From Octopus vulgaris (Eukaryota), in the NCBI GenBank assembly GCA_951406725.2, contig OX597833.1, forward strand, positions 56,420,001 through 56,484,000: 64,000 nt of DNA, read 5' to 3'. This document shows positions 10,207-22,036 of this stretch, in pieces. The notes under the pieces are model-generated. The model worked only from the letters and a program-made list of their open reading frames with translations, did not search any database and was not told the DNA's origin. How positions within the stretch are numbered: position 1 is the stretch's first letter; each line of letters begins with the position of its first letter. A program made the translations under genes and the position numbers.

Positions 10207-11408
10207 CTGAGAAAAAAAATGGAAATTATGAATGATTTATTAACTTCTTTAATGCATGAAATTTAATTAACCATAAAATAGTAGGAAGCCGAATTAGGGG
10301 AGCCTCTACAAAATTGTTCGATCTACTAGAAATAGAAGCCAAATCTCCCTTAAATCAAGTTCTACAGTTTCAAAAAAATAAAGGACACAGATATCCTACA
10401 AATGAAAAAAGTTGAGATGGTTATGGATAGAATGTCTTTGCTTATAGGTTTGCTTCACCAGTGCTTTTTATGTGGCACTTTGGTTTTAGGATAATTATTC
10501 TGTTGTGGTAAGCAGGTCTTAAGTACAGTAATGCGTCACATCTCGGCCCTGTCACACGTCACACACATACAACAGGCTTCTCTCAGTTTCTTATTTCTTT
10601 ATTGCCCAGAAGAAGCTAAACATTGAGGGGGCAAACAAGGACATTAAGTCGATTACATCGACCCCAGTGCATAACTGGTACTTAATTTATCGACCCCGAA
10701 AGGATGAAAGGCAGAGTCAACCTCGGCAGAATTTGAACTCACAACATAACGGCAGACGAAATACCGCTAAGCATTTCGCTCGGTGTGCTAACGATTCTAC
10801 CAGCTTGCTGCCTTCTTTCAGTTTCTGTCTGCTTAATCCACTCACAAAGCTTTGGTCATTTCCAAGAGTACTGTAGGAGTTATTTGCACAAAGGTGGCGA
10901 GCTGGCAGAAACGTTAGCGCGCCGGGCGAAATGCTTTGCGGTATTTCGTCTGTCATTACGTTCTGAGTTCAAATTCCGCCGAGGTCGACTTTACCTTTCA
11001 TCCTTTCGGGGTCGATTAAATAAGTACCAGTTACACACTAGGGTCGATATAATCGACTTAATCCGTCTGTCTGTCCTTGTTTGTCCCCTCTGTGTTTAGC
11101 CCCTTGTGGGTAGTAAAGAAATATATTTGCACAAAGTGCCACACAGTGGAAATGAACCTGAGACCATGTAGTTGGGAAGCAAACTTCTTACCACATGATC
11201 ACACCCACATCTATGATAGAAACTGAAAATAACTCTTAAACAGAACGGTCCCACCTGCAATAGACAGGTGTTGCAAACAGACTGCCTTAGAAAATGCTAA
11301 TGTGAAGTGAGGATTGTATTCCCATTATTACGCCTTCAGTAAGCCATTGGCTGCCCATGATAGATTTGCTGCAAAGAGCTAGTTGCTACTGTTTAACCCT
11401 AGGTCAAC

Positions 11409-11956
11409 CGCACCACCAAAGTACAGATCTACCAAGCACCAATGCAAACGATTCTCCTTTACGGCAGCAAGTCATGGCCGATGAGGGTGGAAGATATTAA
11501 GTGACTAGACTCTTTCGATCACATCTGTCTACGCTGCATCCTCCATGTCCGATGGCATCACTTTGTCTCCAACAATTCGGTGCGACACCAGTGCAGAATC
11601 ACCTCCCTCTGACAAGTCATCCTAATGAGATGTCTGCGTTGGCTGGGTCATGCCTTCTGTCGTCAACCAGGAGAATTCATCTAGAAAGCAATTGCCCCAG
11701 CTCCCCTTCAGGGTTGGCAAAAGCAATGTGGTGGACAACGAAAAACTTGGATGATGACAGTCAAGGCTGATCTGGAACCCAACCTATGCCCCCATATCTA
11801 CAGCGTTCGCTGCTGGAATAAGGAGTGGTTGGAGATCACGCAGTCATTAGCCTCAATCGCCAGACCTGGTCGGCGTTTGTGAGAGATGCAGCATTGAGGA
11901 TGAATGAAGCCAGCTCAATACACCCCAGGTGAATGCTGTCTCAAGACAAGACAAGA
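11409..11956 (+). mobile_element. Degenerate 5'-truncated RTE-type LINE (second family)
   Basis: Translates with stops as ILLYGSKSW...CLRCILHVRW...LRWLGH...NRQTWSAFVRD. (CAAGA)n tail and TSD AGGTCAAC at 11401-11408 and 11957-11964. Confidence 0.75.
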
Positions 11957-12226
11957 AGGTCAACTGATTGAGTTGATCTACAGTCAAGCATTTCAGCCTT
12001 GACCATTCTCTTTTTCTTGCCTCCAAACATAAAGTATCTAGGACTATAATCTAATGTATCCTTCATGTTTTAAGATAAAGGAGCAATTTTAGAGAGATTT
12101 GGCTATTTCTAGTAGATTGAGTGACCACATAGAGACATTCTTTGGGTCAGAGTTAACATAGTGGATAGAAAATGGAAGAAGAAAAAGAATAAAGGATAGC
12201 AATAATAGCACAGGTAGGAGTTTTAC

Positions 12227-12351
12227 CTTTGTTGGTTTGGTAGCAGGTCAGGTAGGCCCAGTTTAAGGTCCAGATTGTAAACACTGCGATGGCTGAGAGC
12301 ACCATACAATGTCCTCTGTGTAAGGTTTTCATGGTTATCGTTGAGGATATT
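12227..12351 (-). CDS. TUBGCP6: Gamma-tubulin complex component 6, coding exon 7 (NILNDNHENLTQRTLYGALSHRSVYNLDLKLGLPDLLPNQQ)
   Basis: Acceptor cag at 12354-12352 and donor gtaaaa at 12226-12221; 125 nt, phase 0 to 2. Matches remembered GCP6 SLFGALVHSRTYDMDVRLGLP. Confidence 0.9.
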
Positions 12352-12410
12352 CTGAAAAATAGGGTTAAATTTGCATTTTTCTAAAAAGCATAGAGCAATC
12401 ACAGGTATGT

Positions 12411-12712
12411 ATGTTTGTTCCTTCTCGAGCCATGCTTAGCTCATAAGGGCCGGTTTCCCGGTTTCCTTGGCATATAGGTTCCCCACCTGGACGGGACGCC
12501 GGTCCGTCGCAGGTGAGCTGCAAGATGTAGGAGGAAAGAATGAGAGAAAGTTGTGGCGAAAGAGTCAGCAGAAGTTCGCCATTACCTTCTGCCGGAGCCG
12601 TGTGGAGCTTAGGTGCTTCGCTCATAAACACACACATCGCCCGGTCTGAGATTCGAACCCGTGATCCCTCAACCGCCAGTCCACTACTCCTACCACTGGG
12701 CCATGTGCCTCC
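12411..12712 (-). mobile_element. tRNA-derived SINE (head GGAGGCACATGGCCTAGTGG, tail CTCGAGAAGGAACAAAC), representative copy
   Basis: A and B boxes plus a V-domain-like core. Other copies at 22256-22557(-), 43416-44286(+, trimer) and 53269-53833(-, dimer). Resembles the Octopus OR-type SINEs from memory. Confidence 0.82.
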
Positions 12713-13271
12713 AAGGTACATCTTTACATTTCCCCAGTCACCCCGCAAAGCCATTAAAAAATTAATAGAAGTGACTTTTTTGTGAATTTTCTATCCAAAA
12801 CCCAATCAAAATGCCCGAAACTTGATACGCCAATTGAATGCCAGCTAGCTGTATGTGATTGGTCAGAGATTTGGACAGTACTCGCGTGTATGTGCATACG
12901 CATGCAGCGTTGCTGGGTCATAGTGCTAGTTTAAGATAAATCACTTTTTATTGTTGTTACCATTGTTGTAGATGACCTCTGGTCCAACCATGTGACAGGA
13001 AAGCATGATTAACGAGAAGGTCTTACTGAGAGCAAAGAACAAATCTGAAGATAAAGTAACCAAATTACAGTAGAGATGATTGAGACACCTTGTACATCTG
13101 CCCAACACCCAACTTTCTAAAGTAGCCTTTTACATTATGTGGCAAACCGGAGTCCAACAATAGAAAGACCACAAGGTGCATACTAAAACAGAACAAGATA
13201 TCCTAAACTGGCAAAAGTTCACACTGGCTGGTCCTCAACTGGACCTAATCAATATCAATACATCTCAATCA

Positions 13272-13657
13272 GTGGAGGCGCAATGGCCCAGTGGTTAGGG
13301 CAGCGGACTCGCGGTCGTAGGATCGCGGTTTCGATTCCCAGACCGGGCGTTGTGAGTGTTTATTGAGTGAAAACACCTAAAAGTTCCACGAGGCTCCGGC
13401 AGGGGATGGTGGCGATCCCTGCTGTACTCTTTCACCACAACTTTCTCTCACTCTTACTTCCTGTTTCTGTTGTACCTGTATTTCAAAAGGGCCGGCCTTG
13501 TCACTCTCTGTGTCACGCTGAATATCCCCGAGAACTGCGTTAAGGGTACACATGTCTGTGGAGTGCTCAGCCACTTACACGTTAATTTCACGAGCAGGCT
13601 GTTCCGTTGATTCGGATCAACCGGAACCCTCGTCGTCGTAACCGACGGAGTGCTTCC
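13272..13657 (+). mobile_element. Full-length tRNA-derived SINE (head GGAGGCGCAATGGCCCAGTGG, tail GACGGAGTGCTTCC)
   Basis: A box, B box GGTTTCGATTCC and 12-bp TSD ACATCTCAATCA at 13260-13271 and 13658-13669. Related copies at about 16680-17308(-) and 53855-54170(-). Resembles the Octopus OK-type SINE from memory. Confidence 0.88.
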
Positions 13658-14205
13658 ACATCTCAATCACCAGAACATCTACTTTTACGGTTAGATGACT
13701 TTCCCATGGCTAACCACTCAACTGCGAAGTACAAATGATACTTATTTTCCAGCCAGCAGTCATTGCACAGAGTGTGGTTGATCGATTTAATCTGTCATCC
13801 AGTTTAATCCTTTTAATATTAATCCACCTGGAACCACTTCTAATTCTATGACACACACTGCCTGTTTTAGAGTAATCAAAATTAAAACCTTCCAATGAAA
13901 TTCGTATCAATTTATGTCCCAAACACCAGATTAATAACGACAAAGTTATTTGACAAAATTCTTCGTAATTTTAAAAATGGACCAAAACAAAGCAGTGTAT
14001 TTCAACAGAAATATGGCACGAGTTGGATTGGCATCACTACATGGCCTTTAGATGTCCCTAACAGAGTATTCTATGTTGCAATAATTAGGCCAAGTCTCCA
14101 CTCTGAGGGTAACTTCCTCCATTCCACCTGCCAGTCTTGGAGACCCTGAAAATGTGATAGGCTAAGTCATGTGAAAAAAACATTAAAAAAAAAACTAGAA
14201 CATAC

Positions 14206-14256
14206 CTTTACACGGAAATTGTCAGACAGACCCTGTCCTGGGGATTTTGCAAATAT
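14206..14256 (-). CDS. TUBGCP6: Gamma-tubulin complex component 6, coding exon 6 (IFAKSPGQGLSDNFRVK)
   Basis: Acceptor tttcag at 14262-14257 and donor gtatgt at 14205-14200; 51 nt, phase 0 to 0. PGxGL resembles remembered GCP6 APGTGL. Confidence 0.8.
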
Positions 14257-14548
14257 CTGAAATGATAAAGTGAATATCATATTAGAAGTTCCAAACAGAA
14301 AACAACAACATGGAAAGATTACATTGAGTAAAATGTTTATAAAATGCCTTATTGATCCCAAAAGGACGAAAAGAAAGAAATTGAGCTCAGCAGGATTTGA
14401 ACTCAGAACGCAAAGGGTTGTGAGCAAATACTACAGACACTTTGTCCGACATGCTAACGATCTTGTTAATTCACTGCTGTGATACAAAGTGTTAAAATCC
14501 ATTGAGTTCTAGGAGTTGATCTTGAAGACTTAACATTCAGCAAATGCA

Positions 14549-14881
14549 TCTCTATATATATAAACGGCAAAATGTTTGTCTGTGTGTCCTTTATACAAAT
14601 ACACAATTTTTCAGTTAGAGGGCTCGCACTTTCTATGGTCATTCAAAACCGTCCAAGGGTGGTCGTGCACATCTTTACATTTCCCCAGTCACCCCGCAAA
14701 GCCATTAGAAAAATCAATAGAAGTGACTTTTTTGTGAATTTTCTATCCAAAACCCAATCAAAATGCCCGAAACTTGATACGCCAATTGAATGCCAGCTAG
14801 CTGTATGTGAGTGGTTAGAGATTTGGACAGTACTCGCGTGTATGTGTGCACGCATGCAGCGTTGCCGGGTCATAGTGCTAG
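14549..14881 (+). mobile_element. Non-autonomous Helitron-like element
   Basis: Starts A|TCTCTATATATAT and ends GCAGCGTTGCCGGG...CTAG|T, with no TSD. The 3' part is duplicated at 12716-12992. Confidence 0.65.
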
Positions 14882-16277
14882 TTTAAGATAAATCACTTTT
14901 TATGCTTGTTACCATTGTTGTAGATTACCTCTGGTGCAACCATGACTGAGTAGACCTACAACTGAAGGCATTCCAGCCATGGCCCATTCTATATTATTTA
15001 GCAAGGATTGTGTAATACCTATGCCACTAACACCACAACACAACTGCCACCATCGTACAGTCTGTTGCTGCTACTAACTTCAACACCAAAAGTTGGGGAG
15101 TCGCGGCTGCTGCTGCTTCTAACTCAAACACCGAAATAACAAAATCTATGTAAATACACATTTCCTTGATTGCATTCTTCTGAAGATAGGGATTTGCACC
15201 CAAAATATAAAGGTTTTTTTTTAAACTTTATGCAATTTTAGAAGCTTTCCTTATTTCTCCTTCCGGCACGTAAAAAGCACCCACTACACTCTCGGAGTGG
15301 TTGGCATTAGGAGGGACATCCAGCTGTAGAAACTCTGCCAGATCAAGTTTGCAGCCTGGTGCAGCCATCTGGTTCGCTAGCCCTAAGTCAAAATCGTCCA
15401 ACCCATGCTAGCATGGAAAGCAGACGTTAAACGATGATGATGATGATGATTCATTTTCTAATTCAATGTGTGTTTCCTTTCTATATGATAAAGTATGAGT
15501 TGTAGTGATTTGACTGCTATTTCTAACAAATTGAGCAACCATGAAGAGGTTCCCTTACTGGCTCATTTTTGTAGTTGTTGTTGTTGTTGGCGTTTGCAAT
15601 ATTCAAACACCATCCAGTTAAAAGAAAAGAAAATTGTCAATAGTCATACTGTGATGATTAATTTTTAATGTGGCAGTTATTTTGCATAAAGAAATGCACA
15701 TTATGGGTGCAGGAGTGGCTGCGTGGTAAGTAGCTTGCTTACCAACCACATGGTTCCAGGTTCAGTCCTACTGTATGGCACCTTGGGCAAGTGTCTTCTA
15801 CTATAGCCTTGGGCCGACCAAAGCCTTGTGAGTGGATTTGGTAGACAGAGAGTGAAAGAAGGCTTGGAGTGATTGGCGTTAGGAAGGGCATCCAGCTGTA
15901 GAAACACTGCCAGATCAGACTGGAGTCTGGAGCAGCCTCCTGGCTTCCCAGACCCCGGCCGAACCGTCCAACCCATGCTAGCATGGAAAACGGACGTTAA
16001 ACGATGATGATGATGCATATATATGTGTGTGTGTGTGTTTGTGTGTCTGTGTTTGTCCCCCCAACATCACTTGACAACCGATGCTGGTGTGTTTACATCC
16101 CCATAACTTAGCGGTTCAGCAAAGACACCGATAGAATAAGTACTAGGCTTACAAGGAATAAGTCTCGGGGTCGATTTGCTCGACTAAAGGTGGTGCTCCA
16201 GCATGGCCACAGTCAAATGATTGAAGCAAGTAAAAGAGTAGAAGAGAGATTAAGAGTCTTAAAATCTTATCCCTTAC

Positions 16278-16326
16278 CTCTTGCCAGTCATGAGAGCAAT
16301 CCAACCCATTAGACTCAAATAACTCT
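16278..16326 (-). CDS. TUBGCP6: Gamma-tubulin complex component 6, coding exon 5 ((R)ELFESNGLDCSHDWQE)
   Basis: Acceptor ttcag at 16331-16327 and donor gtaagg at 16277-16272. 49 nt bridges phase 2 to phase 0. Confidence 0.78.
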
Positions 16327-16705
16327 CTGAAACAAGAAAACATTTAAAATATGTTAGAAATACAATATTTAAGGGACATTCTGTTAAGGTTATCACAATG
16401 CTGGAATCCTTGCAAATATGAAGAAATGGAAGTAAAGTGGCGATGATGAAAATGTTTATAAAATGCCTTGCTTTGTCTAAGACGGATTATAGGAACTGAC
16501 CTCAGGATTTAACAGGTATTTGATTTTATTGATCCCAAAAGGACACAAAGAAAGAAATTGGGCTCAGCAGGATTTGAACTCAGAATGCAAAGGGTTGTGA
16601 GCAAATACTACAGGCACTTTGTCTGACATGCTAATGAGTCTGTCAATTCACTGCTGTGATACAAAGTGTTAAAATTACAACGATGAGGGTTCCAGTTGAT
16701 TCGAT

Positions 16706-16966
16706 CGTCGGCTGCGAGGTCACTCCGAAAAGCTCTATCTGCGACGATTTCATCTCAATTGAAGGAGAGGGGCTTTCTCCGTCCGGGTTGCGGATCCAGG
16801 GAATAAGCTGCCGGACGAGATAGTGAAGATGCCGACGACCGCTCGGTTCAAAGTCTCTCTTGACCAGAAATGGCCTGAACTCTTTGCATGAACACCCTCC
16901 CTGTACATAACTCCATGTCCCCCTACATGGCCTTGCTTTTTGCCTTTTGAGCCGAAAAATTAACTT
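16706..16966 (+). mobile_element. CR1/L2-type LINE 3' end inserted inside a SINE
   Basis: Translates LRGHSEKLY...RRGAFSVRVADPGNKLPDEIV...FKVSLDQKW, the CR1-like C-terminal pattern. It interrupts the SINE between TTCGATC and AATGGAACAGCC. Confidence 0.75.
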
Positions 16967-17909
16967 AATGGAACAGCCTGCTCGTGAAATTAACGTGCAA
17001 GTGGCTGAGCACTCTTCAGACACGTGTACCCTTAACGTAGTTCTCAGGGAGATTCAGCATGACACAGAGTGTGACAAGGCTGGCCCCTTTGAAATACAGG
17101 TACAACAGAAACAGGAAGAAAGAGTGAAAGATAGTTGTGGTGAAAGAGTACAGCAGGGTTCGCCACCACCTCCTGCCAGAGCCTTGTGGAAAACACCTAA
17201 AAGGTGTTTTCGCTCAATAAACACTCACAACGCCCGGTCTGGGAATCGAAACCGCGATCCTAAGACTGCGAGTCAGCTACCCTAATCACCGGGCCATTGT
17301 GCCTCCACTGAATAATAATGGCAGGAACATAATTACGGATTGGTTTAAAGAGATCAAAATTTGAAAAAAAAACAAAAAACAAAACAAAAGAAAAAGAAAA
17401 GTGTGTACTAATTCACAAAAATCCATGTAAAAAAAGAACCCATGTTGGTACCACACATAAGTATCCATGCTGGTGTCACATATAAAGTGGATGGTGTTAG
17501 GAAGGGCATCCAGCCATAGAAACCATGCCAAAACGGACAACTGGGGCCTTGTACAGCTCTCCAGCTTGCCAACCCCTGTCAAACCTTCCCGTATGGAAAA
17601 CAAACATTAAATGATGATAATGATGATGTGGTAAACGTAAACTGAACCCATTCTACTCTAGATCAGTAGTTCACATCTGAATGACTGCAACAAATGGGAG
17701 ATGTTCTACTGGTGTAGATCTGTCTAATTCATGCCAGCATGAAAAAGCAGATGTGAAATTATGAAGATGATAGAATAGCTTATTAAAGACTACAATAATC
17801 AGCAAACTAGACTAATACAGTAAAATTTCCTGAATTGATAGACACAGGAAGGAACCCAACAGAAGAGAAGAGATGATGCATGACCTAACCATAGCTCCCA
17901 GGGTTGCAT

Positions 17910-18326
17910 GTGGCCCTCAAGCATCCTTCCAGCATCCTTCAAGCGGCCCTCAAGCATCCTTCTTGTGGCCCTCAAGCATCCTTCCTGTGACCCTCAAGCA
18001 TCCTTCCTGTGACCCTCAAGCATCCTGCAAATGGCCCTCAAGTATCCTCCAAGTGGCCCTCAAGCATCCTTCAAGTGGCCCTCAAGCATCCTTCAAGCGA
18101 CCCTCAAGCATCCTTCAAGCATCCTTCAAGTGGCCCTCAAGCATCCTTCAAGTGGGCCTCAAGTATCCTTCAAGCGGCCCTCAAGCATCCTTCAAGCGGC
18201 CTTCTTGTGGCCCTCAAGCATCCTTCCTGTGGCCCTCAAACGTCCTTCCTGTGGCCCTCAAGCATCCTTCCAGTGGCCCTCAGGAATTCTTCAAGCAGTC
18301 CTCAAGCATCCTGCAAGTGGCCCTCA
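17910..18326. repeat. Intronic minisatellite, ~22-bp unit GTGGCCCTCAA-GCATCCTTCAA
   Basis: About 19 imperfect units visible directly; explains the repetitive ORFs at 17873-18406. Confidence 0.92.
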
Positions 18327-18696
18327 GCTGTCTTCCTTCATCATCATCGTTTAACATCTGCTTTCCATGCTGGCATGGGTTGGATGGTTTGACTGAGGAC
18401 TGGTGAGCCAGAGGCTGCACCAGGCCCAATCTGATCTAGCAAAGTTTCTACAGCTGGATGCCCTTCCTAACGCCATAAATATAATAAATTTTTTCTTTAA
18501 TTGACTTACGTTCTACTTCTTTTAGTGTGGCCCCCACCCCTAAAAAAAAGTCCAGATTTTGGATCTGGTCCCCAGATATTAAAAAGGTCGAGAACCACTG
18601 GCCTCAGTGAAGCAGAGTGAAATGTATCATCATTGGGTGATTATGAACAACAAGTGAGGAATAAGGTATTCAAAGAGGAAAATAAATAGGCTATAC

Positions 18697-18794
18697 CTGG
18701 GATAGAGGGAATAATACATGAAACTAGCATTTTCTGAGGAATATTTCTGAGTAGATTTCAAATAGTCAAAGCCAACGAGTTTCAGCATAGTATT
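18697..18794 (-). CDS. TUBGCP6: Gamma-tubulin complex component 6, coding exon 4 (NTMLKLVGFDYLKSTQKYSSENASFMYYSLYP(R))
   Basis: Acceptor ttttag at 18800-18795 and donor gtatag at 18696-18691; 98 nt, open, phase 0 to 2. GFD resembles remembered GCP6 GYD. Confidence 0.78.
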
Positions 18795-20585
18795 CTAAAA
18801 TAATAAAAAGAAATGTTAGTACTGTTAACATTGCTAAGTGGCAAATAACAACAAAATTTATTGATAAACAGACTCAATACTAGTGATAGAGTTTTATATA
18901 TGTATGTGTGTGTGTGTATCATCATCAACATCATCATCATCGTTTAACGTCCGCTTTCCGTGCTAGCATGGGTTGGACGATTTTGACTGAGGGCTGGCGA
19001 ACCAGATGGCTGCACCAGGCTCCAATCTTGATCTGGCAGAGTTTCTACAGCTGGATGCCCTTCCCTAATGCCAACCACTCCGAGAGTGTAGTGGGTGCTT
19101 TTTACGTGCCACCGGCAAGGGGGCCAGTCAGGCAGTACTGGCAACGACCTCGCTCGAATCCTTATGCCACCAGCACAGGTGCCAGTAAGGCGACCTTGGT
19201 AACGACCATGCTCGAATGGTGCCCTTTTACGTGCCACTGGCACAGAAGCCAGTTGGCTGCTCTGGCAACGATCACGCTCGGATGTTGCTCTTGGCACCCT
19301 TCTAGCACGGACATCAAGACAAAATTTTTTGACAGCCAGATGCACTTCCTGTCACCAACCCTCACTTGATTCTGAGCAAGGTAATATTTTTTACTGGTCC
19401 AAACATGCTTTTATAGAAGACTGCAAACAAAACAACAGAGATGTTTTGCTTACAATTAGCATGCAATGTCAAGACAAGGAGACAGAACCATGCATAGGCC
19501 TGGCTGTGTGGTAAGAAGCTTGTTTCCCAACCACATGGTTTCGGGTTCAGTCCCACTGCATGGAATCTTGGGCAAGTGTCTTCTACTATAGCCTCAGGCC
19601 AACCAAAGCCTTGTGAGTGAATTTGGTAGACAGAAACTGAAAGAAGATCATCATATATATATATATATATCTTTACTATTTTAGTCTAGTTTGCTGACTA
19701 TTGTAGTCTTTAATAAGCCATTCTATCTTCATAATTTTACATCATTTTAGGATTTGGTTTGCAAGATTCTTTATGTGAGTTCGTGTGTTGAAGCTTATAC
19801 TGTTGTCTGGTGAGAGTCATTCTCTTTTTGTGCTTTATAATTTAACACACTCACTGGTAAAAGAGAAGGACTCTCCTCAGACACAACAGTATGTATGTAT
19901 GTATGCATGGATTCATATATGTATGTATGTATGTATATATGTTTGTCCCCCCACCATCACTTGACAACTGATGTTGGTGTGTTTAAGTCCCCGTAACTTA
20001 GCGGTTTGGCAAAAAAGCCCGATAGAATAAGTACTAGGCTTACAAAGAATAAGTCCTGGGGTTGATTTGTTTGACTAAAGGCGATGCTCCAGCATGGCTG
20101 CAATCAATAAAAGAAAAAGAAACACACACACAGTTTCTACCTACCAAATCCACTCACAATGTATTGGTTGGCTCAGAGCTATAGTAGAGGGACACTCACT
20201 CACGGTACTGCACAGTGGGACTGAACCCAAAACCACATGATTGCAAAGTGAACTTCTTAACCACACATTCATGTCTACACACAAACCCCAGTCCAGTCTT
20301 TTTGACATGTGTAAACAAAAGGCTCATTCATACGGTGTTGTTTGTTTCCTTTCGACCACATAACCATGTCTGGGCTGTTTGTCGCTCGACTGACTGGGAG
20401 ATTATTTATCCCCTTGCTTGGAAACAGGTAAGGATTGGTGTCAGGACGTCTAGTCATAATAAAACTGTTCCAACATATCTTGTCTGACCCATGCAAGTAA
20501 GGAAAAGTAGATGTTAAAACAGTAATGAAGTAATGATGATGTTTTTACAGTGTTGCTGGCAAACCTTTCTGATATTAGACTGTAG

Positions 20586-20850
20586 TAGTGCTTCATCTCT
20601 TGTGAAAGGTAGGAGAGTCCAGTTTGCTGGACATTGCCGTAGAGCTGAAAACGAGGCAATTTCTACTCTTCTCCTCTGGAAGCCATCTACTCGCGATACC
20701 AGAGGGCGCACACTCTCCTACCCTGATGTAATCTCCAGGGATACAGGCATCCAGCAACAGGACCTCCGTAATGCTATGATGGACCGTGAAGTCTGGCGTA
20801 GCATGGTAAATTCCATTGTCTCAACCACGGTCAAACAATGATGATGATGA
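20586..20850 (+). mobile_element. RTE-type LINE 3' end (third family)
   Basis: ORF tail RRVQFAGHCRR...LLLWKP...RGRTLSYPDVI...MMDREVWRSMV followed by a (TGA)n tail. Confidence 0.75.
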
Positions 20851-20897
20851 GTGCCTCATGTCTGATGTATAACATTGAGCAACGAAATAAAACTTAC

Positions 20898-21001
20898 TTT
20901 TCTTGGTTGGTAGTGGTTCCTTTGATAGCCAAGAAGTCCCTTTTTCTGTTCACATGAGCCTGCTAACTGCAGTAAAAATCTCAGACAAGACTCCAATTTA
21001 T
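20898..21001 (-). CDS. TUBGCP6: Gamma-tubulin complex component 6, coding exon 3 ((D)KLESCLRFLLQLAGSCEQKKGLLGYQRNHYQPRK)
   Basis: Acceptor ttctag at 21007-21002 and donor gtaagt at 20897-20892; 104 nt, phase 1 to 0. LLQLAGS matches remembered GCP6 LLVQLAGS. Confidence 0.88.
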
Positions 21002-21878
21002 CTAGAAGTTTACGAAAAAAAGATGCATTAAAAAAAAAAAAACCATTATTGATATTACAGTTTTTTGAGGAATTATGTACATTATTTACATTTGACGGAT
21101 ATTTGTCCTCATCTTGTTTGCTGTTAACACAATGTTTCAGCTGATATGCCTATTTCTTCACTGCCCACAAGGGGCTAAACACAGAGAGGACAAACAAGGA
21201 CAGACAAACAGATTAAGTCGATTATATCGACCCCAGTGCATAACTGGTACTTATTTAATCGTCCTCAAAAGGATGAAAGGCAAAGTCGACCTCGGCGGAA
21301 TTTGAACTCAGAACGTAGCGGCAGACAAAATACCGCTAAGCATTTTGCCCGGCGTGCTAACGTTTCTGCCAATTCAGCTGATATACCCTCCAGCCTTCAT
21401 CAGGTGTATTGGGGAAATTTCAAACCTGCATTTCGCCCAGTGTGCTAATGATTCTGCCAGCTTGCTGCCCTTGCAAAAGGACTACTTTACAACAAGATCA
21501 TTGTATTGTCTTCATCTCAGTACATTTTTAGTCCATATTCCTTCTTGTCTCTTTGTTAAACAGCCTCCTGCATTAATACTTTTCTCTCTGCTTTTATTGA
21601 CTGTCTTTTTTTCTTTATTGTAGGAGTGGCTGTGTGGTAAGTAGCTTGCTTACCAACCACATGGTTCCGGGTTCTGTCCCATCATCATCGTTTAACATCC
21701 ATTTTCCATGCTAGCATGTGTTGGATGGTTCAACCGGGTCTACAGGCCCATTTGAAATCGTAGAACCATGGGCAATTTCAAGTGGGTTGGTATTAAAATG
21801 GTTAATTATGACTGAATGTAATGATCATTAATTAATTTGTGAAATGTCTTTAATTGTAGAAAATTGTTCTCATCTCAC

Positions 21879-22036
21879 CTGAATCCAACTTGAGTAATTT
21901 CTCCACTAGTATCTGTAACTGTTGGCTTTCTTCGTGTTTGTTCTGTTGTAAGAGGACCACTACCCAAGACAGTAACTTCACCAATTGCTGGTTGATACCA
22001 GATATTGATGTCTTGTTTGAGTCAGTTTTCTTCTGC
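21879..22036 (-). CDS. TUBGCP6: Gamma-tubulin complex component 6, coding exon 2 ((R)QKKTDSNKTSISGINQQLVKLLSW...LQILVEKLLKLDS)
   Basis: Acceptor cag at 22039-22037 and donor gtgaga at 21878-21873; 158 nt, open, phase 2 to 1. Confidence 0.85.

Noticed and set aside
17873-18406. 177-aa, 127-aa and 107-aa repetitive ORFs
   Set aside because: They are translations of the 22-bp minisatellite, antisense within an intron, with no splice or homology support.
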